NCBI GenBank assembly: GCA_038217285.1
Contig: JBBQPO010000050.1
Span: forward strand, 1 to 27,085
From: Chthonomonadales bacterium
GTDB taxonomy: Bacteria > Armatimonadota > Chthonomonadetes > Chthonomonadales > Chthonomonadaceae
Direction: 5' to 3'
DNA: 27,085 nt
Made by a program: the position numbers and the translations under genes. This document shows positions 8,204 to 18,748 of this stretch, in pieces; the stretch's first letter is position 1, and every line of letters starts with the position of its first letter. The notes under the pieces are model-generated. The model saw nothing but the letters and a program-made list of their open reading frames with translations, did no database searches and was not told where the DNA came from.

Positions 8204-10807
8204 CTAACTATCCGGGAAGGGACCAGTCAGGCTGGAACTGATGAGCGGCGAATCTCCACCCGACTGTTCGGTAAACTCGGGCGGGGGCCGCAACGGCAAG
8301 ACGATACGAAAACAGGTGCCGACGCCGCTCTTGCTTTCGACGTCCACTCTGCCTCCGTGTCCGGTAACGATCTTCTGCACGATTGAAAGGCCAAGTCCGG
8401 TGCCCTTGGGTTTCGTGGTCACAAAAGGGCGAAAAATCCGCTCTCGCTCCTCCTCCTCGATGCCGACTCCGGTATCGCGGAAGGTCAGGATGACCATTTC
8501 GGAGGGAGCGTCGTACTCCGCGCCCAGGTGCAGGTTCCCGCCTTCCGGCATGGACTGCGCCGCATTCATGACGACGTTGCGCACGACCTGGCCCAACTGC
8601 ACCGGATCCGCTTCGATGTCGGGAATGTCTCCGGCTACCTGCCAACGCACGACCACCCGATGTTCCGTCAGGAATGCCGAGAGCGCCTGGACGGCGGTCG
8701 TGAGGAACTCTCGAATGTTCACCGGACGCGGATCGAGTGGAATCGGGCGCGCGAAGTCCAGCATGGCGCTCGTCAGGCGACTCAGTCCATCCACTTCGGA
8801 GACGATGATATCGGGCCACTCCGTGGAAACACCTTGCGTCTCGAGTTCCAGACGGATGATCTGCGCGGCCCCTTTGATCGGGGAGAGGGCGTTGCGCACC
8901 TCATGGGCCATCTTTGCCGCTAGTTGCCCGATATCGGCTAGACGCCGCATCCGCTCCAACTCCGCCTGCATGCGAACCTGCTGCGTCACATCCTCGAGCA
9001 TCATGACGATTCCGGAGCGTTCTCGTCCATGTTCCCCTAACCGGAACAGCTTCAGGATCAGGCTGCGCGGCGCGCCATGTTTTGGGCGCAGCGTCAGCTC
9101 GTGTATCAACACCCGTTCCCCAGTTTCGGGCAGCCGCGCGACCATCTCCAGCAGGTGGTCGCGTTCCGTTGGGGAGACGCACATCTGCTGTACCACTTCG
9201 GTGAGCGTAATGTTGCGAAAGAACGCGGTGGGCTGCTCCAGAATCGCGGCTGCAGCGCGGTTCCAGCGGGCGACATGACCGCGCGCATCCGTCGAGAGGA
9301 TACCATCGCCGATAGACTGCAGGACGTTGTCCATGTAGTCGGTAAGGCGTTGCGTTTTCTCGTGTAGACGGGCATTCTCGATGGCGAGGCCCGCCTGACT
9401 GACAAAAGCCGTCAATAGTCGCGTCTGCTCGTCGCGGAGGGTCCGACCCCGGCTCTTATTGTCCGCGACCACCACTCCCACACAGTCGTTCTTACTGGTC
9501 AAAATCGGGATAGCGACAAAACTATCGGTGCCGAGTGAACGCGCGAAGCCGAGCATCTGAAGGTATTCACGGCCGCCTGCTTCCTCTGCGGGGCGGTCCT
9601 CACGGGCATCGAAATGGCGCAGTACCTTGCCTCGCGCTGTCGCGCCGATGGCGCTGTCACGGTCACGGATCGGGTTCCGCCCGATAGCGTCGTGATACCC
9701 ACGCCAGACTCGCGCGATAAAGGTCATTCCGGTTTGTTCGCGCAGATAGAGGCAACAGCGTTCGAACCCCACTGTGTCGCAGATGTCGTCGGCCACCCGC
9801 TCCAGCAGTTCATCGAGATTGATGGAGATCAGTGTCCGGGAGAGGGTCGAAATCTTGAACAACTCGTTGGCACGTCGGTTCAGGTCGTCGTACAGTCGTT
9901 TGTTGGTCAACGTGAGCGCCGCCTGATTCGCAAAGACACTGAACAGTTTCAGATCGCTGTCGGTAAAATCGGGCGCGGCGCGCCGACGAGAAATCGAGAG
10001 GACGCCCTGCACCCGGCCATCCTGACTTTTCATCGGGACGAAGAGCGAAGAACCAGGCTCTGACGCCCGGTCCACGGCCGCAGTTCGGAGCTCCTGGGAG
10101 CCGCCTACGAAAATGAGGGGCTGCTCGCTGCTCACGACCCTTTCCGCGATCTGCTGGGCCTGCGCCGCGATCGCCTCCTCCGTCCCGTACCTCGCGGCGA
10201 CGGAAAGGAGTTCGCTTCCAACATTTTGCAGCCAGGTGCAACAGGTTTCGGCATCCATAAGTTGGGCCGCTCGGTCCGTAAGAACCTGAAGCAGCTTGTC
10301 GTGTTCGATCTTATCGATCGCCTGCCCGATTTCATAGATGGCGGCGACTTCGCCGATACGCTGATGCGCCCGGTCTTCGGCGGCGTCGATTCGTTCGGCG
10401 AGTTCGTCCCGGCTGAGCCGTAGACAGATCTGCGCGGTGACCGCGTCCAACAGTTCTTGCGTAACGTCTGTCTGCTCGGCGAACACGTAGCAGAGGCGGC
10501 CGGTCGGAACGTTCGCGCCCACCAGCGGGCAGTTAAACTCGCGGCGACCTTCCGCCCCCAGCTTCGACAGGGCGGAGACATCACCGTAAGGCATCAGTTT
10601 CCGCGCCGAGCCGGAGACGACTTCCAGGGCGAGGGCGAGCGCGGCGGCATGATGCTTCAGGATGCGGAACAGTCCTTCGAGTGCGTCCCCATTGGTTGGT
10701 GCGTTGGCTATCCAGGGAACGGCCTCCAGGAGGAGGCGGAGACTCGATGGTGGGGCGGCGTTCTCTACCGTGAGCGAAGGCCGACCGAATGGCACACCAG
10801 ACGTCAT
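8204..10807 (-). CDS. Cytoplasmic multi-GAF/PAS sensor histidine kinase, 867 aa
   Basis: ATG 10807 with GGGAGG SD. GAF signatures ([36 protein letters not shown]), PAS ([17 protein letters not shown]), H-box MAHEVRN, N-box [26 protein letters not shown]. No obvious TM helix. Confidence 0.93.
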   Translation of the reverse strand: MTSGVPFGRPSLTVENAAPPSSLRLLLEAVPWIANAPTNGDALEGLFRILKHHAAALALALEVVSGSARKLMPYGDVSALSKLGAEGRREFNCPLVGANVPTGRLCYVFAEQTDVTQELLDAVTAQICLRLSRDELAERIDAAEDRAHQRIGEVAAIYEIGQAIDKIEHDKLLQVLTDRAAQLMDAETCCTWLQNVGSELLSVAARYGTEEAIAAQAQQIAERVVSSEQPLIFVGGSQELRTAAVDRASEPGSSLFVPMKSQDGRVQGVLSISRRRAAPDFTDSDLKLFSVFANQAALTLTNKRLYDDLNRRANELFKISTLSRTLISINLDELLERVADDICDTVGFERCCLYLREQTGMTFIARVWRGYHDAIGRNPIRDRDSAIGATARGKVLRHFDAREDRPAEEAGGREYLQMLGFARSLGTDSFVAIPILTSKNDCVGVVVADNKSRGRTLRDEQTRLLTAFVSQAGLAIENARLHEKTQRLTDYMDNVLQSIGDGILSTDARGHVARWNRAAAAILEQPTAFFRNITLTEVVQQMCVSPTERDHLLEMVARLPETGERVLIHELTLRPKHGAPRSLILKLFRLGEHGRERSGIVMMLEDVTQQVRMQAELERMRRLADIGQLAAKMAHEVRNALSPIKGAAQIIRLELETQGVSTEWPDIIVSEVDGLSRLTSAMLDFARPIPLDPRPVNIREFLTTAVQALSAFLTEHRVVVRWQVAGDIPDIEADPVQLGQVVRNVVMNAAQSMPEGGNLHLGAEYDAPSEMVILTFRDTGVGIEEEERERIFRPFVTTKPKGTGLGLSIVQKIVTGHGGRVDVESKSGVGTCFRIVLPLRPPPEFTEQSGGDSPLISSSLTGPFPDS

Positions 10808-10865
10808 GGACTTCCTCCCGACCCGACTGCAGGTTAGCCTGGGTAGCGAACTGGGTAGTAAGGCC

Positions 10866-10895
10866 ATTATAGCACACGTCTCCCCCGACAGACAA
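10866..10895 (-). promoter_or_regulatory. sigma70-type promoter for the kinase/regulator operon
   Basis: Minus strand TTGTCT-N18-TATAAT with extended -10 (TGC-TATAAT). Confidence 0.7.
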
Positions 10896-10926
10896 CCGAC
10901 GCCGGGTCTGGAGGGCAGGCCGCTTC

Positions 10927-10956
10927 TTGACAAGGCGGGAGAGGAAATACTATAAT
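10927..10956 (+). promoter_or_regulatory. Consensus sigma70 promoter for the ABC ATPase
   Basis: TTGACA-N18-TATAAT, back-to-back with the kinase promoter. Confidence 0.85.
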
Positions 10957-11045
10957 GCTTGTAAGAAATGCCCTGATCTGAAAAAGCCCTCGCGTCTGTT
11001 GCTTGACGGGAGGGCGAACAGTGTGCAGAGGAGAGAACTTACCCT

Positions 11046-12194
<1,149 letters not shown>

Positions 12195-12202
12195 TATTTT
12201 GC

Positions 12203-12231
12203 TTGATTTTTCGGCTTGTCTGGGGTAGAAT
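12203..12231 (+). promoter_or_regulatory. sigma70 promoter of the rpsF operon
   Basis: TTGATT-N17-TAGAAT. Confidence 0.65.
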
Positions 12232-12237
12232 GAGAGC

Positions 12238-12404
12238 CTGAACAAATTGGCACTTCGCGAACATGGGTGGGTTTCATGTTCGGACAGGACCCGCTTCGGC
12301 GGGTTTCGTCGTGTCCTTCCCGCTCCGGGGAATCCGGAGCCAGAAGCGCCGGGCGGCTGCAACGACAGCGCCGACGCAATTCGACCGAGGGGAGGTGAGT
12401 GAGA
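12238..12404 (+). ncRNA. Structured rpsF leader, probably including an S6:S18 autoregulatory element
   Basis: Hairpins CGAACATG/CATGTTCG, ACCCGC-TTCG-GCGGGT (cUUCGg loop) and GCTCCGG-GGAAT-CCGGAGC. TCCTTC can pair with the GAGGGGA overlapping the SD, as in known S6:S18 leaders. Confidence 0.55.
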
Positions 12405-12707
12405 ATGCGTCACTATGAGGCCATGTACATCGTGGACGGGGAGATCCAGGACGAAGACCTGGAACCGGTACTCGAAAAGTATAAGAAGGTCGTCACGGAT
12501 GCGGGCGGAGAGGTTTCCGACGCGAGCAAATGGGAAAAAGGACGTCGTTCCTTCGCCTATGAGATCGATAAGAAACGCGATGGAATGTATATCCTGATGC
12601 AGTTTACAGGCGATTCGGCGATTCCAAAAGAGCTGGATCGTATCTTCAAGATCAATGATGAGATCATCCGGCATCTGATCGTCCGACAGGACGACACCGA
12701 AGAGTAA
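12405..12707 (+). CDS. rpsF: 30S ribosomal protein S6
   Basis: MRHYEAMYI...W..GRRSFAYEI.K..DG.Y...IIRHLIVR. GGAGGTG SD 7 nt before ATG 12405. Confidence 0.97.
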   Translation: MRHYEAMYIVDGEIQDEDLEPVLEKYKKVVTDAGGEVSDASKWEKGRRSFAYEIDKKRDGMYILMQFTGDSAIPKELDRIFKINDEIIRHLIVRQDDTEE

Positions 12708-12723
12708 CATTTTACAAATAAGT

Positions 12724-12748
12724 CAAAAAGAGCTTTCCGCTTTTTTTG
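12724..12748 (+). terminator. Weak terminator/attenuator-like hairpin between rpsF and ssb
   Basis: CAAAAAGAGC-TTTCC-GCTTTTTTTG: an AT-rich stem whose 3' arm is a T7 tract. Confidence 0.35.
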
Positions 12749-12866
12749 TCTTGTCTGTAGTAGCACTTACAGGGCGGCGCGCAGTCATTGCGTCGTTATT
12801 CTACACACAAAAAGCAAGAGAACCGTTGTTCGCCTCCGAGCGGACATCAGGGAAGGAGAATCGGAA

Positions 12867-13388
12867 ATGGCACTCAATCGAGTCGTACTGGTCGGGCGTT
12901 TGACGAAAGATCCGGAGTTGAAATATACCCCGGCGGGTGTTCCGGTGGCGACGATGGGCATCGCGGTGGATCGCTTCACCAAAGATGAATCGGGCAACTA
13001 TGAGGTGGACTTCTTCAATGTGACCGCGTGGCGGCGCACCGCAGAGTTCGCCCAGAACTACCTGAAAAAAGGCCGTCTCGTCTCCGTCGATGGACGCCTG
13101 CAGACCCGCTCCTGGGTAGACCAGGCGACGGGAATGAAACGCTCTGCGGTGGACATTGTGGCGGACAACCTCGATCCGGTCGGGCCCCGGCCTGCCGGAG
13201 AAGAGATTGTCCCAGAGGGCGAACATGCCGCGACGGAACCGGCGGTCGCACCACGTGCAGCCGCAACTGTGGCCGCAAGCGCGCCTTCGCGACCCGCCGC
13301 CCCACCTGCAGCCGCCGCTTCGAAACGACCCGCTCCGACTCCGGTCGAAGAGGATGCCGACGAATCCGATCCCTTCGCAGATGAATGA
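12867..13388 (+). CDS. ssb: Single-stranded DNA-binding protein
   Basis: LNRVVLVGRLTKDPELKYTPAG...YLKKGRLVSVDGRLQTRSW, Pro/Ala linker and acidic tail. Lies between rpsF and rpsR. Confidence 0.97.
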   Translation: MALNRVVLVGRLTKDPELKYTPAGVPVATMGIAVDRFTKDESGNYEVDFFNVTAWRRTAEFAQNYLKKGRLVSVDGRLQTRSWVDQATGMKRSAVDIVADNLDPVGPRPAGEEIVPEGEHAATEPAVAPRAAATVAASAPSRPAAPPAAAASKRPAPTPVEEDADESDPFADE

Positions 13389-13429
13389 CGGCGCTCCGCC
13401 CTTGCCTCTGACGAAAAGGAAACGTATCC

Positions 13430-13696
13430 ATGGCGACCGTAGCCCGGCGACCAAGCAGCAAGCCGAATAAGTTCCGCAAGCCCCGACGCAAAGTCTGTAT
13501 GTTCTGCGTCGATAAGGCCACGGCGGTAGACTACAAACAGATGATTCTGGGGCGCTATCGCACCAAGCTCATTTCCGAGCGCGGTAAGATCGTCCCGCGA
13601 CGCACCACCGGCACCTGCGCCCGACATCAGCGCATGGTAACCGAAGCCATCAAACGAGCACGGCACGTAGCGCTGTTGCCGTTCGTGGTAGACTGA
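13430..13696 (+). CDS. rpsR: 30S ribosomal protein S18 (Zn-ligand-containing C+ form)
   Basis: RRKVCMFC...DYK...[21 protein letters not shown]...[13 protein letters not shown]. Confidence 0.97.
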   Translation: MATVARRPSSKPNKFRKPRRKVCMFCVDKATAVDYKQMILGRYRTKLISERGKIVPRRTTGTCARHQRMVTEAIKRARHVALLPFVVD

Positions 13697-13764
13697 TCTC
13701 TCGCGTGACCGCTGCCGTGAATGCTTGCGTCTGCATCCCCTTCACGGGCAGCCCTGTGCCTTTT

Positions 13765-13800
13765 CGAGCCGTCTCTTTACCAACGCGAAGAGACGGCTCG
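13765..13800 (+). terminator. 13-bp perfect hairpin after rpsR (terminator or processing signal)
   Basis: CGAGCCGTCTCTT-N10-AAGAGACGGCTCG, preceded by another hairpin CCGTGAA...TTCACGG (13715-13747). No clear U-tract. Confidence 0.5.
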
Positions 13801-13857
13801 TCTGGCGTCTGCCTCCGTGGCACCCAATTTTACCGTTCGATATGACCGGAGACAAGA

Positions 13858-14958
13858 ATGTCTGATTCGTCGCCCCCCCTTCTCGACGCTCTCCACGACC
13901 CGCAGCGCCGAGCGGACCTCGACCCGCTGGACATGATGGGACTCGTGCTGAAATTTCCCCAACAGTGCCGGGAAGGAATCGCTATCGGCAGCCTTCTGCC
14001 GTCGGACGGCTCTGTTCGCCCGGAGATTCGCAATGTCGTCTTTACGGGGCTCGGCGGCTCGGCGATCGGGGCCGATTTCGCGCGCAGTCTGATGGAAGAC
14101 TACGGCTCCGTGCCGATGCAGGTCAACCGGGACTACACCCTGCCTGCCTACGTCGGGCGGCACACGCTCGTAGTCGCGGGCTCCTATTCCGGAAATACGG
14201 AAGAGACCCTGGCGGCGTATGCGGCCGCGAAGGAAGCTGGCGCGCAGTGCGCCGTGGTGACAAGCGGCGGCACGATCCTAAAGTTGGCGGAAGCGGCCGG
14301 TGATCCGGTCGCGCTCGTCCCGGGTGGGCAGCCGCCGCGCTCGGCGACCGGATACATGCTTTTCCCAATGGTGGCCCTTCTCGCGCAGCGCAACCTGTTC
14401 CGCCATGACCTGACCCCCGATCTGGAGGAGATGGTGACTCTGCTGGACGCGCAGGCTGCGGCGCTCGGCCCCGATGTACCGACCGCGCAGAACCCCGCCA
14501 AGCAACTCGCCCTCGCGCTCCACGGCAAGATCCCGGTCGTGTACGGCTCGCAGGGCTATCGCGGGGCGGTCGCGGTTCGCTGGAAGGGGCAGTTCAATGA
14601 GAACGCCAAACTGGCGGCGTTCGCCAACGTCCTCCCCGAGCAGAACCACAATGAGATCCTGGCCTGGACGCTGGCGACGCGACAGGCGCAGAACTGGTCC
14701 GTAATCTTTCTCCGGGACCGCAAAGAGGCTGCGGAGATGCCCCGAATCGCTCACCGTGTCGAGGTGACCAAGCAGGTGATTGGAGAGGCCGCCACGATTC
14801 ATGAGGTCTGGGCCGACGGCGAATCGCTGCTCGCCCGCATGCTTACTCTGGCGCACTATGCCGACTATGTGACGGTCTATCTCGCGATGTTAAACGAGAT
14901 CTGTCCCACGGACATCGCCGGTATCGACTACCTTAAATCCGAAATGGCCAAGATCTGA
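13858..14958 (+). CDS. Bifunctional phosphoglucose/phosphomannose isomerase (SIS family)
   Basis: GLGGSAIG, SYSGNTEETL, TSGG, GQPPRSA, NPAKQLA, RWKGQFNENAK, PEQNHNEI, IDYLK. Confidence 0.92.
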   Translation: MSDSSPPLLDALHDPQRRADLDPLDMMGLVLKFPQQCREGIAIGSLLPSDGSVRPEIRNVVFTGLGGSAIGADFARSLMEDYGSVPMQVNRDYTLPAYVGRHTLVVAGSYSGNTEETLAAYAAAKEAGAQCAVVTSGGTILKLAEAAGDPVALVPGGQPPRSATGYMLFPMVALLAQRNLFRHDLTPDLEEMVTLLDAQAAALGPDVPTAQNPAKQLALALHGKIPVVYGSQGYRGAVAVRWKGQFNENAKLAAFANVLPEQNHNEILAWTLATRQAQNWSVIFLRDRKEAAEMPRIAHRVEVTKQVIGEAATIHEVWADGESLLARMLTLAHYADYVTVYLAMLNEICPTDIAGIDYLKSEMAKI

Positions 14959-14996
14959 CCGCAATCGAGTCGCTTAAAATATTTTTACGGTGTGGC

Positions 14997-15023
14997 GCAA
15001 CTTTCGGGGAATGGGGCCTGTCA
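14997..15023 (+). promoter_or_regulatory. Possible ECF-type (autoregulatory) promoter
   Basis: GCAACTT-N16-GTCA about 80 nt upstream of the ECF sigma gene, resembling the AAC...GTC pattern of ECF promoters. Confidence 0.4.
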
Positions 15024-15103
15024 GGAGTTACATGAGGCGAAGCGTACTGGGCATGGCACACCGTTGTGCTGCGCGACGCCCTTGAGAAGGCAGGCGAACG
15101 ACG

Positions 15104-15670
15104 ATGCTCCTGACAACCGACGAAAAGCTGGTCGCCCGTACGCTTGCGGGCGATAGGAACGCTTTCCGCGTACTGGTCGAACGGCACTACAGTGCTGTTT
15201 ATCGCCTGTGCCGCAGCATCTTACGCCATCCCGAAGATGCGGAGGATGCGACGCAGGAGGTGTTCCTGCGGGTACACCAGGCGCTGGCGCAGTTTCAAAA
15301 CCGGGGCGTCTTCGGCGCGTGGCTGCGCCGTCTAACCGTAAACCACTGTCTGAACCGGACGCAGAGCGCGTCCGCGAAGGTGAGCGCCCGCTCCCATTCC
15401 CTGGAGCTGATGGCGGAAACACTGCCTGCCTCTCGGGATTCCGACCCCGAAGAGGCGCTGTTGCGGAGCGTCGAGCGCGATCGTATCCGCACCGAACTGA
15501 ACCAACTGCCGCCTTCCCAGCGCGCGGCCCTGAGCCTGCGTCTGCTGGACGGATTGTCATACGAAGAGATTGCGGAACTCATGGGCGTTCCTGTCAATAG
15601 CGTGCGGTCCTGGCTGCACCGAGGACGGGCGCGACTGCGTGAGGCCCTTCAAGAGGTCATAGAATGCTGA
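15104..15670 (+). CDS. ECF-subfamily RNA polymerase sigma factor
   Basis: Region 2: GDRNAF..LVERH, DAEDATQEVFL, FGAWLRRLTVNHC. Region 4: LPPSQR..L.L....GLSYEEIAE.MG.PVNSVRSWLHRGR. Confidence 0.95.
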   Translation: MLLTTDEKLVARTLAGDRNAFRVLVERHYSAVYRLCRSILRHPEDAEDATQEVFLRVHQALAQFQNRGVFGAWLRRLTVNHCLNRTQSASAKVSARSHSLELMAETLPASRDSDPEEALLRSVERDRIRTELNQLPPSQRAALSLRLLDGLSYEEIAELMGVPVNSVRSWLHRGRARLREALQEVIEC

Positions 15671-16368
15671 CGCGAGAACAGATACAGGACGGTATGGAAG
15701 ACCCGCAGGAGATGGACCGAACCGTGACCGAGCGCACCTTCCCAAAGAGAGACCGTAACGCCCTGCCACCGACCGGAAGGTCCGGCGGTAAGGGCGGCTG
15801 GAACGGTCGCGGCGGAGACGACGCCTGCGAGTTCGTCTCCGTCAACTTATCGGCCTATCAGGACGGCGAACTCGATCCCGATTCTCTGAATCTGATCGTA
15901 TCCCATCTGGCCCACTGCCCACACTGCGCCACCACACTCGACGCACTGCAGATAGTAGACGAAACACTTGACCGGGAGTGGCGCGACAGTGCGCCGCTCC
16001 CGTCTTCATCTCACTTTGTAGGCTCGATCAATTCGATCATGGACGCCTTGCCGGATGAGCCGGTCGCCGCGCCTGCTTTCGCGCCGAAACGTGTGCATGC
16101 CCGTGTGCGCTGGACGCGATTCGCCACCGGCGCCGTCGGCTTGTTCGCCTTTGGCAGTATGCTCTGGTCGAGTTATCGGCTGGGTTATCGGCAGGGTCAA
16201 CAGAATAACGGCTCGATGGAGCCAGGTAATAATCTCATCAGTCCAAGCAATCGCGTCATGCCTGCCTCGTTCTTTCCCTCCGGTTTCGCTGCTCCCGGCA
16301 ACTCCCGCTTCGCGTCCTCGCCATCCCGCCACCCTGCTTCCGCACCGCCACCCGTCGAGTCACCCTGA
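15664..16368 (+). CDS. Membrane-anchored zinc-binding anti-sigma factor (zf-HC2/ZAS)
   Basis: CEFVSVNLSAYQDGEL...HLAHCPHC, followed by one TM segment (FATGAVGLFAFGSMLW). The start overlaps the end of the sigma gene. Confidence 0.85.
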   Translation: MLTREQIQDGMEDPQEMDRTVTERTFPKRDRNALPPTGRSGGKGGWNGRGGDDACEFVSVNLSAYQDGELDPDSLNLIVSHLAHCPHCATTLDALQIVDETLDREWRDSAPLPSSSHFVGSINSIMDALPDEPVAAPAFAPKRVHARVRWTRFATGAVGLFAFGSMLWSSYRLGYRQGQQNNGSMEPGNNLISPSNRVMPASFFPSGFAAPGNSRFASSPSRHPASAPPPVESP

Positions 16369-16380
16369 AAGAATCTATCT

Positions 16381-17340
16381 GTGAAGATCACTTTTCTTGG
16401 CACGAGTTCCGGCACACCGAGTCGAACCCGTAATGTCAGCGCTATCGGTCTGCAACTGGTACAACAGGGCAAACTCTGGCTGTTCGATTGTGGGGAAGGA
16501 ACGCAGCATCAGGTGCTGCGTTCCAACTTGCGGCTAAGTCAGTTGGAGCGCATTTTTATTACCCACCTGCACGGCGACCATCTGTACGGACTGCCCGGAC
16601 TGCTGGCCTCGCGTTCGCTCTCGGCGGGCGCTTCGACGCCTGTGACGATCTACGGTCCAAACGGCCTGAACGAGTTTCTGCGCGTGGTTTTCGAGCGCAG
16701 CCAGACCCGTCCCGGCTATCCTGTGCGGGTCGAAACCCTGCGTCCTGGTGTGGTCTGCGAGGACGATCAGTTCGAAGTCGTCTGCGCCCCGATGGCGCAC
16801 CGGATCGAAAGCTATGGCTTTGCCGTTATCGAGAAGATACAGCCAGGTCACTTCGATATAGCGCAGGCGACCGCGCTCGGGATAACGCCCGGCCCGGTTT
16901 TCGGTCAGTTGAAACGCGGCGAGACGGTCCGGCTGGCGGATGGCCGTACAATCGATGGAACAACGCTGGTGGGCCCTCCTATCGCTGGGCGTAAAGTAGT
17001 CTATGCGGGCGACACCGGGGAGACGCCCCGCGCGGTCGAACTGGCACAGGGAGCGGACCTGCTCATCCACGAGGCCACCTATATGAGTGAGGATGCCGAA
17101 CTAGCCGCCCGAGGCGCACACTCCACCGCAGCCGGCGCCGCCCGCGTAGCGCAGCAGGCCGGTGTGGAAACGCTGATCCTGACGCACATCAGCCCACGCT
17201 ACGACATGGACGCCGGAGCGCGTCTGCCGGAGCTTCTTGCCGAAGCGCAGTCCATTTTTCCGAAGACCTACCTGGCGCGCGATTTCTGGACTTTCGACGT
17301 ACCACGTCGCAGTTCGTCCTCCGAAGAGGCGAGTCCATGA
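16381..17340 (+). CDS. rnz: Ribonuclease Z
   Basis: FLGTSSGTP..RN, LFDCGEGTQ, THLHGDH, the flexible-arm GP motif (GITPGPVFGQLKRG), GDT, HEAT, HST, LTHISPRY. GTG start. Confidence 0.96.
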   Translation: MKITFLGTSSGTPSRTRNVSAIGLQLVQQGKLWLFDCGEGTQHQVLRSNLRLSQLERIFITHLHGDHLYGLPGLLASRSLSAGASTPVTIYGPNGLNEFLRVVFERSQTRPGYPVRVETLRPGVVCEDDQFEVVCAPMAHRIESYGFAVIEKIQPGHFDIAQATALGITPGPVFGQLKRGETVRLADGRTIDGTTLVGPPIAGRKVVYAGDTGETPRAVELAQGADLLIHEATYMSEDAELAARGAHSTAAGAARVAQQAGVETLILTHISPRYDMDAGARLPELLAEAQSIFPKTYLARDFWTFDVPRRSSSSEEASP

Positions 17341-17356
17341 AAGACCTTGAAAGTTC

Positions 17357-17386
17357 TTGACACCGTTCTTTACATCGTGCGACAAT
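17357..17386 (+). promoter_or_regulatory. sigma70 promoter for serS
   Basis: TTGACA-N18-GACAAT with TG extension, immediately upstream of the AGGAGG SD. Confidence 0.6.
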
Positions 17387-17405
17387 GGGGGTAGGAGGAG
17401 AAGCA

Positions 17406-18695
17406 ATGCTGGATATACGTCTGTTTCGAGAGCAACCGGAACTGGTGCGCGAGGGTTTGCAGAAGGTTGGCGTGGACACCGCGATAGTAGACGAGATTCG
17501 CAGCCTGGACGAACGGGTGCGGGCGTCGAAGACCGAGGTCGAAGCGATGAAGGCTATATTGAACACGGCTAACAAAGCGATGGGCAAAGCTACTCCGGAA
17601 GAGCGCGAGACAAAACGTGCGGAACTGAGAGCCGTGGGAGATTCGATCAGTGGGCTGGACGCGCAGCGCTCGGAGACGGAGCGCTTCTTGCAGCAGCGCC
17701 TGCTGGAGATTCCCAACCTGCCGCACGCCAAAGTACCGGTTGGAAACGACGAGCGCGATAACATCGTAGCGCGCACCGTAGGAACGCCGCGCGAATTCGA
17801 TTTCACGCCGAAACCACACTGGGAACTCGGTGAAAAGCTGGGGATACTGGATCTGGAGCGTGGGGTTAAAATCAGCGGATCGCGCTTCTATGTTCTGCGC
17901 GGAGCCGGAGCGGCCCTGCAGCGTGCCCTGATCACCTGGATGCTCGACCTCCATATCGAAAAACACGGCTATACCGAGGTCTATACGCCTTTCGTCGTGA
18001 AAGAGGAGTGTCTCTACGGGACCGGCAACTTGCCGAAATTTGCGGACAATCTCTATCACGATGTCGAAGAGGATTTCTGGCTGGTTCCCACGGCCGAAGT
18101 TCCGGTTACGAATTTGCACCGCGATGAGCTTCTGGAAGCCGCCGTCCTCCCCATGCACTATGTGGCCTACACGCCCTGTTTCCGGCGCGAAAAGATGTCG
18201 GCCGGGCGCGATGTACGTGGCATCAAACGCGGGCATCAGTTCGACAAAGTCGAGATGGTGAAACTCTGTACGCCGGAGACGTCCGAAGCCGAACTCGATG
18301 CGCTGCTCGATAATGCGGAAGACGTCTGTCGCGCACTGGAGATACCGTACCGGGTCGTGCAGGTCTGCACGGGCGATAAGACGTTTAGCTCCGCCATCAC
18401 CTACGATCTGGAGCTTTATGCCCCGGCGAGCAACGGCGATGAGGGCGCGGAGTGGCTGGAGGTTTCGTCCTGCTCGAATTTCGGCGACTTTCAGGCCCGG
18501 CGGGCCAATCTGCGCTATCGTCCGGAGCCCGGCGCGAAGCCGGAGTTCCTCCATACGCTCAATGGGTCTGGCCTCGCCCTCCCACGCGTCATGATTGCCA
18601 TACTGGAAAACTACCAGAACGCCGACGGCAGCATCACCATTCCGGCCGTTCTGCGCCCCTACCTGCACAATCGTGAGCGGATCACAGCCCCATAA
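17406..18695 (+). CDS. serS: Serine--tRNA ligase
   Basis: MLDIRLFRE start with AGGAGG SD; N-terminal coiled coil; IPNLP, LVPTAEVP, motif 2 FRRE...HQFDKVE, EVSSCSN, motif 3 HTLNGSGLALPR. Confidence 0.98.
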   Translation: MLDIRLFREQPELVREGLQKVGVDTAIVDEIRSLDERVRASKTEVEAMKAILNTANKAMGKATPEERETKRAELRAVGDSISGLDAQRSETERFLQQRLLEIPNLPHAKVPVGNDERDNIVARTVGTPREFDFTPKPHWELGEKLGILDLERGVKISGSRFYVLRGAGAALQRALITWMLDLHIEKHGYTEVYTPFVVKEECLYGTGNLPKFADNLYHDVEEDFWLVPTAEVPVTNLHRDELLEAAVLPMHYVAYTPCFRREKMSAGRDVRGIKRGHQFDKVEMVKLCTPETSEAELDALLDNAEDVCRALEIPYRVVQVCTGDKTFSSAITYDLELYAPASNGDEGAEWLEVSSCSNFGDFQARRANLRYRPEPGAKPEFLHTLNGSGLALPRVMIAILENYQNADGSITIPAVLRPYLHNRERITAP

Positions 18696-18748
18696 ACCCA
18701 GGCGTTTACGGGGCTGGAGCGGGTGGCTTCGCCCTTACCCGAGTGAGG

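Noticed and set aside
15055-15070. Second sigma54 promoter upstream of the ECF sigma (TGGCAC...); also TGGCAC at 12249
   Set aside because: The -12 GC is missing or mis-spaced, and sigma54 spacing is strict.
18696-18748. Bidirectional terminator between convergent serS and thyX
   Set aside because: Only an imperfect hairpin (GGGT-GGC-TTC-GCC-CTT-ACCC) with no U-tracts.
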